A stretch of DNA of 64,000 nt. It comes from Trypanosoma brucei (taxonomy: Eukaryota). The stretch's first letter is position 1. Every line of letters begins with the position of its first letter. A program made the position numbers and the translations under genes. Location of the stretch: the NCBI GenBank assembly GCA_000002445.1, contig CP000068.1, positions 352,001-416,000 of the forward strand. Reading direction: 5' to 3'. Of the stretch, positions 36,120-46,396 are shown in pieces. The notes under the pieces were generated by a model that saw only the letters and a list, made by a program, of their open reading frames with translations, had not been told where the DNA came from and searched no databases.

Positions 36120-38006
36120 ATGGCATTACGACCGTTCCCGTTGGGGAACACACCGCTGCATGCCGTCATTCGGCGTTCTGCTCGTGAATTTGAATGTGTT
36201 GAGGCAGTTCCCGCCTCGAATGCTGTTCGCTCACCTTCAACTGCATCATGGGTTTCTGCAGAGTCCCTTGATAGTATCATTTCACTGGCTAACCGCACAT
36301 CTGAAGAAATGGAGGTGGATCAACTCATTTATCGCCTCTGCCGTTCCCTTTACCATGTGGCCAAGAAAAAATCTGCACAGATCCACTGCCACCCCAACCA
36401 CCAGGAGCGGCAACAACAACAGCAGCAAGCCAGCAGCAGCGGCTGGCGTTCCGTCGAATGTGAGGGTCACTTCTCCAACATGCGCGGCCGTGAGGACTGG
36501 TGCCCGTTGTTGCACCTCTTTGATCCAAGGAGTTATTATAAGGTGATGGGGCAACCGAGTCAACACGACGGGTGCAAACTTTGTGGTGATGTGGTGGGTA
36601 CAGAGAGCAGTCCTGAAGGTGTTTCGCAGTGGCTGATGAGCGAATTGAGCGTAACGCGACTTACGGGTGGCAACAGCAACCACGTGTATCGGCTGGGCCA
36701 CGCTTCTTTTCCCAAGAAAGCTGTTCTTCTGCGCGTGTATGGTGATGGTGGTGGGGGTGACGTGATTGACCGGGCCCGGGATATTAAAGTGATGCGACTT
36801 ATGAGCAAGTCAGAGATGGGTCCAGGCTTATTGCATACTTTCCACTGGGGCCGCGTTGAGGAATTTATGGATGGTGTGTTGACGTGCACGACGGAGAAGC
36901 TCCTTACTTCTCCATCCCTACTTGCTGATGTGTATGGAGGTTTAAGTAAGATGCATCAGTTGGATTACACGCCGCTTCTGCCAGAAAACATGAGGACAAA
37001 GGGGATGTCTAACGGGCATAATTCATCTCAGAGTGTGAGCGACACGGTTTCTAAATCAGGTGGTGGACAGGAGGGACCTGACGGCACAGTGGGGGGCGTG
37101 AATGAGCTGGAAAGCACTTGTCATACCTCTTTCGAGCGTGTATGTCTCCGGTTGCTTAGGTTAGTGTCCTTGAATGTGGTGGAGGAACACCGTCACTCGC
37201 TTGAGAGCTGGTTAGCTGGTGAGGTCATGTTCGTGCGAAGGGAACTGCAATATCGTGGGATACCGGTGGTGTTGTCACACAACGATCTAAACCCTGGAAA
37301 CATTCTTCTTTCCGATGGAGCAGGAGAGGCCAGCGGTACCGTCTTCAGTGACGAGGAGCTGAGAGTGGAGAACACACCGTTGTCAAAGCGTTATGTGACC
37401 CGAAAAGGCAAAAACATGAACCTTGTGGAGCGCCGTGGTTTCCTTTTTATTGATTTTGAGTACGCGGATGCCAACTACCGCTGCTTCGACCTTGGGAACA
37501 CGCTTTGCGAGCTGGACTACGACTATACCCGTGGAACAGAAGCGGGAGGCCGGGGATTCATCAAATATCTTTTTGTATTTCCCCCGCCCGCAATGGAGGA
37601 GGCATGGCGTGGGCTCGGGGAGGAGTACCCCCGCATGCCGGAGCTCATTTATGATGCCTGGCGTCGTGGCGTGTGTGATGGATCGTCGGATATCGGCTCT
37701 GTGGCTTTGCTCGCCGTGAGACGTTACTTCGCAGAGCGGGACAATGTGCCACTTGAGACTGTGGAACTCAGTGAAGCTCAGGTTGGGGAGGTGCTGCTTG
37801 GTATGCTCGCCTCGCATCTCTATTGGACAATCTGGTCGATGACAATGGGATCTGCACCGGATAATTGCGTTGAATGCGAGGACTGCGATGATCAGATGTT
37901 TGCTGTAGGCGGAAGTGGGCTTGATTACATGCGATATGGTGAATGTCGTCTGCGGGAGTACATTGCTCTGCGTGGTTGGCTCGCAGAGAAGGGGCTTCTT
38001 TCCTGA
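36120..38006 (+). CDS. Choline/ethanolamine kinase (628 aa from first ATG)
   Basis: Brenner phosphotransferase motif HNDLNPGNILL and downstream choline-kinase motif FLFIDFEYADANYRCFDLGNTLCE. It has the N-terminal kinase-lobe layout of eukaryotic ChoK/EtnK. A long low-complexity insertion (NGHNSSQSVSDTVSKSGGGQEGPDGTVGG…) lies between the lobes. Confidence 0.8.
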   Translation: MALRPFPLGNTPLHAVIRRSAREFECVEAVPASNAVRSPSTASWVSAESLDSIISLANRTSEEMEVDQLIYRLCRSLYHVAKKKSAQIHCHPNHQERQQQQQQASSSGWRSVECEGHFSNMRGREDWCPLLHLFDPRSYYKVMGQPSQHDGCKLCGDVVGTESSPEGVSQWLMSELSVTRLTGGNSNHVYRLGHASFPKKAVLLRVYGDGGGGDVIDRARDIKVMRLMSKSEMGPGLLHTFHWGRVEEFMDGVLTCTTEKLLTSPSLLADVYGGLSKMHQLDYTPLLPENMRTKGMSNGHNSSQSVSDTVSKSGGGQEGPDGTVGGVNELESTCHTSFERVCLRLLRLVSLNVVEEHRHSLESWLAGEVMFVRRELQYRGIPVVLSHNDLNPGNILLSDGAGEASGTVFSDEELRVENTPLSKRYVTRKGKNMNLVERRGFLFIDFEYADANYRCFDLGNTLCELDYDYTRGTEAGGRGFIKYLFVFPPPAMEEAWRGLGEEYPRMPELIYDAWRRGVCDGSSDIGSVALLAVRRYFAERDNVPLETVELSEAQVGEVLLGMLASHLYWTIWSMTMGSAPDNCVECEDCDDQMFAVGGSGLDYMRYGECRLREYIALRGWLAEKGLLS

Positions 38007-38558
38007 GTTTTTTCCCTTTCCCTTTCAAAGAGGAAAAAAAAAGACATAAGGAAAGAAAGCAAAAGGAATAAAAACGAGAACGAGTGAATAAGTATGTGGG
38101 TGCCTAGGGTGAAGTGACACGGTTGCTCCCTTTTTTCCTCATCTTTACCAGTGCTGTTGCCAATAGTGTTCCAGTTTCAATGGTAATTTACGGTGATAGT
38201 TATCATTATTATTTTTACCACTATTGCTGTTATCATTATCGTCGTCAACATAATTATCGTTACTGTTGTGATGTGGTTTGTTAGGGTGGGGGGCGAGGGG
38301 GGTTAAGTCAGCCTCGGCCGTTTTCCTCCTTCCAACGCAAACCGCGACCCAATCGCGTTAAAAACGGCGATGGTTTGCTTTGCTTTGTTCGTAGTTTTCC
38401 ATTGTTCTTGTTTTCCATTACATTCTTTTTTTCCATCTTTTGCCCTCTATCGTATCACTTTAGCTTTTCCTATAGTTTGAACTACTCATGAGTGGGTGCT
38501 CACCGTCTTCCATTAACTCTTATTACCGTGTGCCGCCATTTATTTTGCAGCATCTGGG

Positions 38559-38589
38559 GTTGTTGTTGTTGTTGTTGTTGTTGTTGTTG
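38559..38589 (+). repeat. (GTT)10 trinucleotide microsatellite
   Basis: ggttgttgttgttgttgttgttgttgttgttgc in the intergenic spacer. Confidence 0.9.
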
Positions 38590-40067
38590 CTATTTGGCGC
38601 GCATGTGTGCCCGTGAGAGAAGTGACTTGAAGTAGAATGGAAAGAACCGGAGATAACAAGTGCATACGAGTCTATGAATATGAATATTGGTTAAGTGCCG
38701 TATGTCTGCTTATGCATATATACATTGTTTTTTTGTTTTTTTTTTAGACACTGGCACTTACGGCGGCTCCGTGTGTGTTTGTATGCCACAATTATCTCTG
38801 CTTCATTCCACATCGCAACACACTTCATAAAATTTCTCACCTCTCGGGAATAAAAGGAATGCAAACAAAATCGTAATGAAACAAAACGATTAAAAAGAAG
38901 AAAAAAAGGAGATTGGAAGGCGGGAGGATGAGGGAAAGTTGTAAGGGGGAGGTAAGGAGCGGATGAAGAGTGAAAGGTGCTATTGGAAAGACGCGTTACT
39001 CCCTTTTTTGTGCTTTTGCATTTGTTTTAGCGTACATATATATATATATATATATGAATATACGTGTGTGCAGTGTGTGTATTGTGTGCATGGGAAAGTA
39101 CAAAAAAAGAAAGGAATTCACTGAAAATGAGGGGAAATAAGAGGGAACATGTGCGGGGGAATGATGTAGGAAGAAGTAAAGATAATAATAACAGTAATAA
39201 ACGTCAGTAAAGAATGAAAGGTAATACGAGAAAATAAAAGGAATAGAGAGTCTGGAAGGAGGGGGAGGGGGCGGGAGCCGCTCGTGGGTGGCTTCGGCAG
39301 ATTCACACGAACCAGAGGAGAAGAAACGAGCGAGGATGCGAGGATGCGAGGAATTGACGGATTTCTCTTTCTTTCTTTCTCGACATCTCATCATCATCAT
39401 TATTCCTATTATTCCTATTATTCCTATCGTTACCATTATTATTACTATTATTATTATTGCCACGGTTACTCTACCCCCTCTTTTATTTGAACACCACAAG
39501 CGAATTATAGATTTATGTTTCTTTCTCCTCCTTCTTTCCTTTGGTTTGGACGCGGCTCACGTGCCTTTTCTGTGCTTTGTCTAAGCTCCGCCTCCTTCCT
39601 TCTCCTACTGCATGCCTCTGCCAGTGGAAGACACGTGCTTCTAATTTTATTATTATTATCATCACATTGCTGTGATTATTATTATCATTATTTCTCCCGT
39701 ACCTTTTCCGTTTTCGTGTTTTACTTCCAAGCATTCGCATTTTTCAATCTCTCTCTATATATGTTGGAGAGGCCTGACCTTCTTTTAAAAGTCCGATTTT
39801 CATATCCCTTTCTTCCTCTTTGCGATAGTTTCACAAACACCTGCTGCTTTTTCCTTTTTTTTCCTTCATTTTCATGTCTCATTCATTTCCTTCCTTTTCT
39901 GCTCTTAGTTGTCGCCTCCTTTTTTAGTACCACTTGCACATTACAGGCATATACATAATTGTATACGGTCACTTATAGTGATGGGAGAAAAGGATTCTGT
40001 GGCGTATGAGCTGCTGCTGAAGGAGTATTGGACCCGCCGTGAGCTCATTCGGCGAGAGGAGGGCCGT

Positions 40068-40497
40068 TTGCATCAACTGCAACGTATTATTCTTCAAGTG
40101 CATAACTTACTGTGGATGTGAGAGCACTGGCGATGCTGTAGTCATGTTCAGAATCTTTTTCCTCCTCTTCCTCACTCTCTTTCAGTACACTGCAGCCATA
40201 CAGCCCGAAAGACTTGCAGAGAGCATCAGTAAATAATATATGTAATATGTTTAATGTTTGTATGTGTGTATGCTTGTGAAGGGAGATGTGATATGATCGA
40301 TGGGAATGTTTGGTTTACATAACAGCAGTCGTTGAACAGAGTTGTGTACGGAATTATTGAAAGGAAAGTAAGAAGAAACAATAGTGAGTGTCATCACCAC
40401 CGCAAAGGTGCCAATTGTTTCCTCCTCCCTTTCAGTACCTTTTTGTATTTTATAACTTGGGGTGGTGTATTACTCACCATTGGAGCAGTTACGTTTA
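40068..40497 (+). repeat. Dispersed direct repeat, copy A (430 bp)
   Basis: ttgcatcaactgcaacgtattattcttcaagtgcataacttactgtggatgtgagagcactggcgatgctg … ggagcagttacgttta. It is identical to 45744-46173 except for at least 1 mismatch (gccataCagcccg vs gccataTagcccg). Confidence 0.9.
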
Positions 40498-41057
40498 TAA
40501 CAGTGCGGGGTTTCACCAGCATTCCCTGTTGAGTACGACGTCACCAGAAGGGATTGCTATCTGATGTTGACGTCACAGCAACTGGGAACTCTTCGCACCT
40601 ACTTGCGACACCGTTATTTTCGATGTGGTAATTTTTTGTTATTACTATCTTACCCTGTTGTTGTCACCCCGTTTCCGTTCTCTATAGTATCAGAGTATAT
40701 TATTCTTCTTTACTTAACGTTCGAGTTTCTGTTTGTTTGTTTGTTTGTTTGTTTGTTTTTTGCTTAAAGGAAGCAACAGTGCTGCAACAGGGGCGTGTTT
40801 TACTATTGTTTACGCCCATTTTATGACAGACTTTTGGTTTTTTTTTTCTATACTCTGTGCGTTCGCTGACCATGGGAAATATATTTCTCCTGCAAGCTGG
40901 CACTTTTGTTGGTGCTTAATCCACTTGACTGATTGCAACAAAACTGGTCCAAATACTGTTGTTTTCTCTCAGTTTTCGTTGCTTTGCTGCCTTTTTTTCC
41001 CCCTTTACGGCCTGCTTTTATTTTTATTTTTATTTTTTTGACTTCCATTGCTTTTGC

Positions 41058-43265
41058 ATGCTGAGTAAAAGGAACAGGGAGGGGTCGCGAGGAGCGATGG
41101 GGTGCGGAGAGAAAAATCCGTACACAGGCCGAGTGCTGAGTTCCCGTTATCATGCGCTTCGCGGCGTCCGTGAGAAGCTCCCAATTTTTGCCGCAAAACA
41201 AAAGATTCAACGCCTCATCAGTCGATATCAGACGCTGCTGCTGGTGGGTGAGACGGGGAGCGGGAAAACAACACAAGTACCGCAATTTGTGCTGGAGATG
41301 AACCCGGAGCATGCCATAGCGTGTACACAACCCCGGCGAGTTGCGGCAATCAGTGTGAGTGAACGTGTTGCAGAGGAGTTGGACGTAACACTTGGTGAAG
41401 AAGTTGGTTATTGCATTCGTTTTGATGACACGAGCAGTGACCGCACTCGTCTCAAGTATCTCACGGATGGTATGCTCCTTCGCGAGGCCATGGGTGATCC
41501 CATGTTACAGCGCTACAGCGTGATCATCCTTGACGAGGCTCACGAGCGGACGGTGCACACTGACATACTTATCGGAGCGGTAAAAGATCTCCTGCACCGG
41601 CGTCCGGATTTGCGCGTTGTGGTGATGTCTGCCACGCTTGAGGAACGCCGCTTTCAGTCATATTTTCCAGAGGCCCCTCTGGTCCACGTTTCCGGTCGAA
41701 TGTATGATGTTGAGGTGTACAACTCACGGCTGCCGGAAGCAAACTACCTGGAGGCTTCCATACGAACCGCTATGCAGATTCATCTCTATGAAGGGCCGGG
41801 CGACATTCTTATATTTTTAACTGGTGAAGATGAGATTGAACAGGCTGTGGAGCGGTTGCGGTTGGGAATACCCATGGCGGAACACACTAACGCAGACTGT
41901 CATAAGGGGCCTGTAGCGGTACTTCCACTGTATTCCGCGTTGCCACCAAAGGAACAACGTAAGGTGTTCCAAGCGGCGCCAGAGGGTACACGAAAGATAG
42001 TTGTCGCCACGAATGTTGCGGAAACATCGTTAACTATTGATGGTGTTGTATTTGTTATCGATAGCGGGTTCTCCAAACAGAAGGTGTACAACCCAAAGTT
42101 GCGTGTTGAGTCGTTGTTGGTGACACCTATCAGTCAGGCAAGTGCTCGACAGCGGTGTGGTCGTGCGGGGCGGACGCGCCCCGGGAAGTGTTTTCGACTT
42201 TACACCGCAAAGGCGTTTGATACGCTCCTTCAGCAGCAGACATACCCCGAAATATTACGCTGCAACTTAGGCTCAGTAATTCTTCACATGAAAATGATGG
42301 GAATTGAGGACTTGGTGAATTTCGACTTCGTGGAACCCCCAGCCCCGGAGACTCTCATGCGGGCACTGGAACTGCTGAATTATCTTGGTGCCATTAACGA
42401 CGACGGCGACATGACAAAATTCGGCCGGCGTGTTGCGGATTTCCCGCTAGAACCTGAAATGGCCGCGATGCTTTTGCACAGCCCCGAGTATGGCTGCTCA
42501 GACGATATTGCACGCATTTGCGCTATGATGTCTGTTCAAAGTCCATTCGTTACACCGCGGAATGATCAGCGCGGATGCGCCATGCGTTGCAGAGATCAGT
42601 TCTACCACCCAACTGGTGACCACCTGGCGCTGTTGAACGTCTTCAACGCCTTCTACGAGGGAAGTAATCAAAGTGGGTCGTGGGCTTCTGAGAATTATCT
42701 AAATCCGCGTGTCATGAAGCAGTCGGTGAGCATTTACCGCCAGCTAATTGGTATAATGCGCAGGTTGAATTTGAGCATTTGCAGTACATACTCTGCAGCA
42801 CAGTGGGGAGGCGCTGGGGATGGAGAATCGGACGAATACGCAAACGAGGTACGTCGAGCCGTGCTTCGTGGTTACTTCACGAAGGTGGCACTCTCACTTC
42901 CCACAAAGAACCAATTTCTCACGCTAAAGGATAACGTGAAGTGTCTCTTGTTCCCCTCTACCTTCCTTAACCGCCGCCCAAAGTTTGTTGTCTTCAACGA
43001 GCTTGTGCTTACAACAAACACATACATCCGGACTGTAACGTCGGTGTCAGATGAATGGCTACTGGAGGTGAATCCATTATATTTTGACCCAAGTGAATTT
43101 GAAGGTGTGAGCAGACAAGTGTTTGAGGAGTTGCACCGCCGGAATAACCGCAATAACGCGGCCGAGAGGGACCAAAATAAAGACTGCCTTACCGGGCACA
43201 AGCGACGACGTGGAGGAGACGCCCCAGACAACGGTGATGATGATGATGATGATGATTCGTCTTAG
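41058..43265 (+). CDS. PRP43: DEAH-box ATP-dependent RNA helicase, Prp43/DHX15-like (735 aa from first ATG)
   Basis: N-terminal NPYTGRVLSSRYHALRGVREKLPIF (Prp43/DHX15-type lead-in). Helicase motifs: motif I GETGSGKTTQ, motif II DEAH (ILDEAHERT), motif III SAT, TNVAETSLTIDG, motif VI QRCGRAGRTRPGKCFRLYT. Followed by the winged-helix/ratchet/OB C-terminal region. The ORF-track start (40959) is a TTG in a polypyrimidine tract. Confidence 0.85.
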   Translation: MLSKRNREGSRGAMGCGEKNPYTGRVLSSRYHALRGVREKLPIFAAKQKIQRLISRYQTLLLVGETGSGKTTQVPQFVLEMNPEHAIACTQPRRVAAISVSERVAEELDVTLGEEVGYCIRFDDTSSDRTRLKYLTDGMLLREAMGDPMLQRYSVIILDEAHERTVHTDILIGAVKDLLHRRPDLRVVVMSATLEERRFQSYFPEAPLVHVSGRMYDVEVYNSRLPEANYLEASIRTAMQIHLYEGPGDILIFLTGEDEIEQAVERLRLGIPMAEHTNADCHKGPVAVLPLYSALPPKEQRKVFQAAPEGTRKIVVATNVAETSLTIDGVVFVIDSGFSKQKVYNPKLRVESLLVTPISQASARQRCGRAGRTRPGKCFRLYTAKAFDTLLQQQTYPEILRCNLGSVILHMKMMGIEDLVNFDFVEPPAPETLMRALELLNYLGAINDDGDMTKFGRRVADFPLEPEMAAMLLHSPEYGCSDDIARICAMMSVQSPFVTPRNDQRGCAMRCRDQFYHPTGDHLALLNVFNAFYEGSNQSGSWASENYLNPRVMKQSVSIYRQLIGIMRRLNLSICSTYSAAQWGGAGDGESDEYANEVRRAVLRGYFTKVALSLPTKNQFLTLKDNVKCLLFPSTFLNRRPKFVVFNELVLTTNTYIRTVTSVSDEWLLEVNPLYFDPSEFEGVSRQVFEELHRRNNRNNAAERDQNKDCLTGHKRRRGGDAPDNGDDDDDDDSS

Positions 43266-43801
43266 GTGATGTCGTTGTTTGTCGGTAATGACAGCGCATC
43301 CCAACTCTGATGAGCGGTCATGCCTCTGTGTGTTGGCAGTAGCTGAGGTAATGGAGGTGCGTCTAAGAGCTATGAAACGAATAAATGTGTCGTAATAAGA
43401 TTCCTGTTCTGAAACCTTAATGGGCTGCATGTATACATAAATCTATTTATGTGTGTGTGCCTGTCAAATCTTTGTTTTCAGAATCACGGAGGTGTGTTTG
43501 GGGCAACCCCTAACTTATTGCCGATTTACCTCTGTTAAGAGAGGTGAAGCAGTTACTGGACATTTCAGTGAATCAATTCATTTCCCATCAACTCGTTGTT
43601 AACTTGTCACCGATTTTTTTCTTGCTCACACTTCAAAAAAAAAATGCTCAACTGGACGGCAACGTGTAAAATTAACAAACGGACGTCAACAATCGACAAG
43701 GAAAGAATAAGATCATCAAGGTTAGCCAACTGAGCGGACCACACAAGCCAAGGACTCAAGTAACACACCTTCTTACATTGTTTTCAAAGACACGTGAGGT
43801 C

Positions 43802-44488
43802 ATGTTCTCTATGTCGCCATGCGTGCTTACAGCCCTCCTTGCAGCAGCCGTCCTTGCGGTTTTGCCGCTTTCTAGCTTCGCTTCCCCTGAGTTGACTGAA
43901 GCCGACTTCAAGCGCATGAAGATCAAGGAACTCCGCAACTTTCTGGAGGATCGCGGCCTCACGTGCCCAGGCTGCCAAGAAAAAGCTGATTTTGTGCGCG
44001 TCGCCTTCACTAACCGTGCTAAGAAGCCTCTCAGCGAGGAGGGAAAGCGCGAGATTCCCAAGGCTCCCCTTTGGGAGGTATGGAGGGACAACGCCAAGTT
44101 AGTGTGCGAGGAGGCGGCAAAGAAGCGAGGGCTCGATGTTACGGCCAAACCCCAGTCTGACATTTGCAGCGCGGTTGCACTTGTGGTGGAGAACTTCTTC
44201 ATGCAACACGGCAAGCGCGTCGCCAACAAACTGCGCAAGAACCACGAGGCACTTCTCAAGACTTCCTACAAGAACGTGTATTATGATGCTGGTCACGTAC
44301 TCCTGAAGCGTCTAACGGAGTACTGCCTTGTGTCAGAGGAGAATCAGAACAAATGCAGCTCCATCGGTTCCCTTACTACTATGCTCGAGAGTGGTAAGAT
44401 GGTAGATTTTGCGAAATGGATGACAAATGTGGGTATTGAGAACACGAACCCAATGTACGAGGTGCTAGACGGCCGTGGCGATCTTTGA
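43802..44488 (+). CDS. Small secreted protein (228 aa) with a signal peptide and a MANF/ARMET C-terminal-like SAP + CXXC module
   Basis: The N-terminal hydrophobic signal peptide is MFSMSPCVLTALLAAAVLAVLPLSSFA. Next comes KIKELRNFLEDRGLTCPGCQEKADFVRVAF, which closely parallels the MANF C-domain ([33 protein letters not shown]). Four further Cys lie in the remainder, and the C-terminus is …GRGDL. Confidence 0.55.
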   Translation: MFSMSPCVLTALLAAAVLAVLPLSSFASPELTEADFKRMKIKELRNFLEDRGLTCPGCQEKADFVRVAFTNRAKKPLSEEGKREIPKAPLWEVWRDNAKLVCEEAAKKRGLDVTAKPQSDICSAVALVVENFFMQHGKRVANKLRKNHEALLKTSYKNVYYDAGHVLLKRLTEYCLVSEENQNKCSSIGSLTTMLESGKMVDFAKWMTNVGIENTNPMYEVLDGRGDL

Positions 44489-45743
44489 GCGAGTGAATGG
44501 ATGTGATGATGAATGTGTTCGCTTGTTTGAACCATATTCTGTCCTTGCTCGTGCCCGTGTGAGGTAAATGTGGGCGAAAGGAGGAGGAGGAGTGCATAGG
44601 AATAGTGGAAGAAAAGAAAAGTAGATTTGCCATTAAATACACATACCCCTTGGAGTGCGTTTAAGCATTACTTCCTTTCTATTCTCATTATTCCTTTTGA
44701 CTCTTCTCCCTTTACTCGTTTCCTTTCTCTTTATTGTCTATGACTGTGGGTGTGTTGCTTCATGTTAGTTAACTGGTTAATGGAGAAATGGGGAAAGAGA
44801 AAAAAATATAATGAAATTTGAAAGAAGAAGGTTAAGGCCAGTGTGGATCAGAAAAAGGAGAGAGGGAATACAACTCGAACCAAGTGTTAGTGGAGGAGGG
44901 GAGTGGGAGGAAACTGAGAAAGGGGGAGGGGGGAAGAAACGGATCTTTTTTACTTTTTAAATTCTCTTTTTCCGTCAAAGGGGAGGGAATCGAAGTGGGG
45001 GAGGGGATGTGAAACGTGTTGTACCACTAGCGTGAGCTATTGATGAAAAGGAGCTGCCCTTCCTTATCTTTTTTTCTCCTCCATGAATGACGGTACGCTT
45101 TGAGGTTCTGAACTCAGCGCAACTGGGGTGTGTGCATCAGACCCCAGTGGTTATTTTTCCATTTGAAAGGAATTTTGTAATTGAGGTGGCGGTCACTTGT
45201 TTAACGTTTTATGTTGTCGCCCTCCTGTTTTTCCTCTCTTAAACGTCCCTTTACCTCTGGTGGTGTTACACCCTCTCAAATCCGGTTCCTTGCAACTCTT
45301 CCTTATCCCAAACTTGTTTCCTTTCTTTACGCTGCTGGAATGGTTGTGTGAATCCCTTCCAGTGGCATATGGAGGGGAAAAAGCTCGGTGTGGGAAGTGA
45401 CAGCACAACGCGCACGTTGTTGCTTGTGTATTTCTTTTTGTGCAGTACCTTTAACCGACTCTCTTTTTTTACTTTTTTTACTTTTCCTTTCTTTCTCCCT
45501 TCCTTTCCCAGTTTCCAAGAGTAATACGAATTAAAGCTCCATATAGAAGACAGGAAATGTAATATTTGCCACCCGCGACAACCTGCAGCAAAGCAGTACA
45601 TTAATCGGTGAGTTTACTACAGCGTATTGTCCTAACATATTTAGTACACGTGTGGAACAGTGCAATTAATTTGTTTTCCCAAATGCTTGCCTGCTCGTGT
45701 AAGGACATTTCTCCCTCGTTGGAATAAAGCGCTGCAGCCGTGA

Positions 45744-46173
45744 TTGCATCAACTGCAACGTATTATTCTTCAAGTGCATAACTTACTGTGGATGTGAGAG
45801 CACTGGCGATGCTGTAGTCATGTTCAGAATCTTTTTCCTCCTCTTCCTCACTCTCTTTCAGTACACTGCAGCCATATAGCCCGAAAGACTTGCAGAGAGC
45901 ATCAGTAAATAATATATGTAATATGTTTAATGTTTGTATGTGTGTATGCTTGTGAAGGGAGATGTGATATGATCGATGGGAATGTTTGGTTTACATAACA
46001 GCAGTCGTTGAACAGAGTTGTGTACGGAATTATTGAAAGGAAAGTAAGAAGAAACAATAGTGAGTGTCATCACCACCGCAAAGGTGCCAATTGTTTCCTC
46101 CTCCCTTTCAGTACCTTTTTGTATTTTATAACTTGGGGTGGTGTATTACTCACCATTGGAGCAGTTACGTTTA
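45744..46173 (+). repeat. Dispersed direct repeat, copy B (430 bp)
   Basis: See copy A. Copy B is 5676 bp downstream in the same orientation. The sequence diverges immediately outside both ends (…gtttaTaacag vs …gtttaCctgaac). Confidence 0.9.
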
Positions 46174-46396
46174 CCTGAACGTAATTCGCTTTTCTCTTCC
46201 TCATTTTTGTGCTTCGTCCACCGATTTCCTTCTGATTTGGCTTTTCCCTTCGGTGTAGATGATATATATATAAATAAAACACAGTTCTCTTCTTTTGTAG
46301 ACGCTCTTTGTTGCAGTGCTGCTGTTTCTGAATTACGTTTACCGAGTTGAAACGTGGCAACTGTTAACCTTTGGTCGTGTGTCCATTTTCTTTGTA

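Noticed and set aside
39909-40121. 70-aa ORF (…MGEKDSVAYELLLKEYWTRRELIRREEGRLHQLQRIILQVHNLLWM) as a small gene
   Set aside because: Its 3' third lies inside copy A of the 430-bp repeat, while copy B has a different upstream context. This indicates the reading frame is fortuitous. There is no supporting conservation signal.
44500-44580. Possible C/D-box snoRNA (gtgatga … about 60 nt … ) just 3' of the MANF-like gene
   Set aside because: A C-box-like GUGAUGA is present, but I could not find a convincing D box (CUGA) with terminal stem complementarity at the right spacing. This is insufficient evidence without a predictor or small-RNA data.
40068-46173. Possibility that the 430-bp direct repeats are RIME/ingi retroelement ends
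   Set aside because: The intervening 5.2 kb encodes a housekeeping DEAH helicase and a small secreted protein. There is no reverse transcriptase or endonuclease ORF, no poly(A) tail and no target-site duplication adjacent to the repeats.
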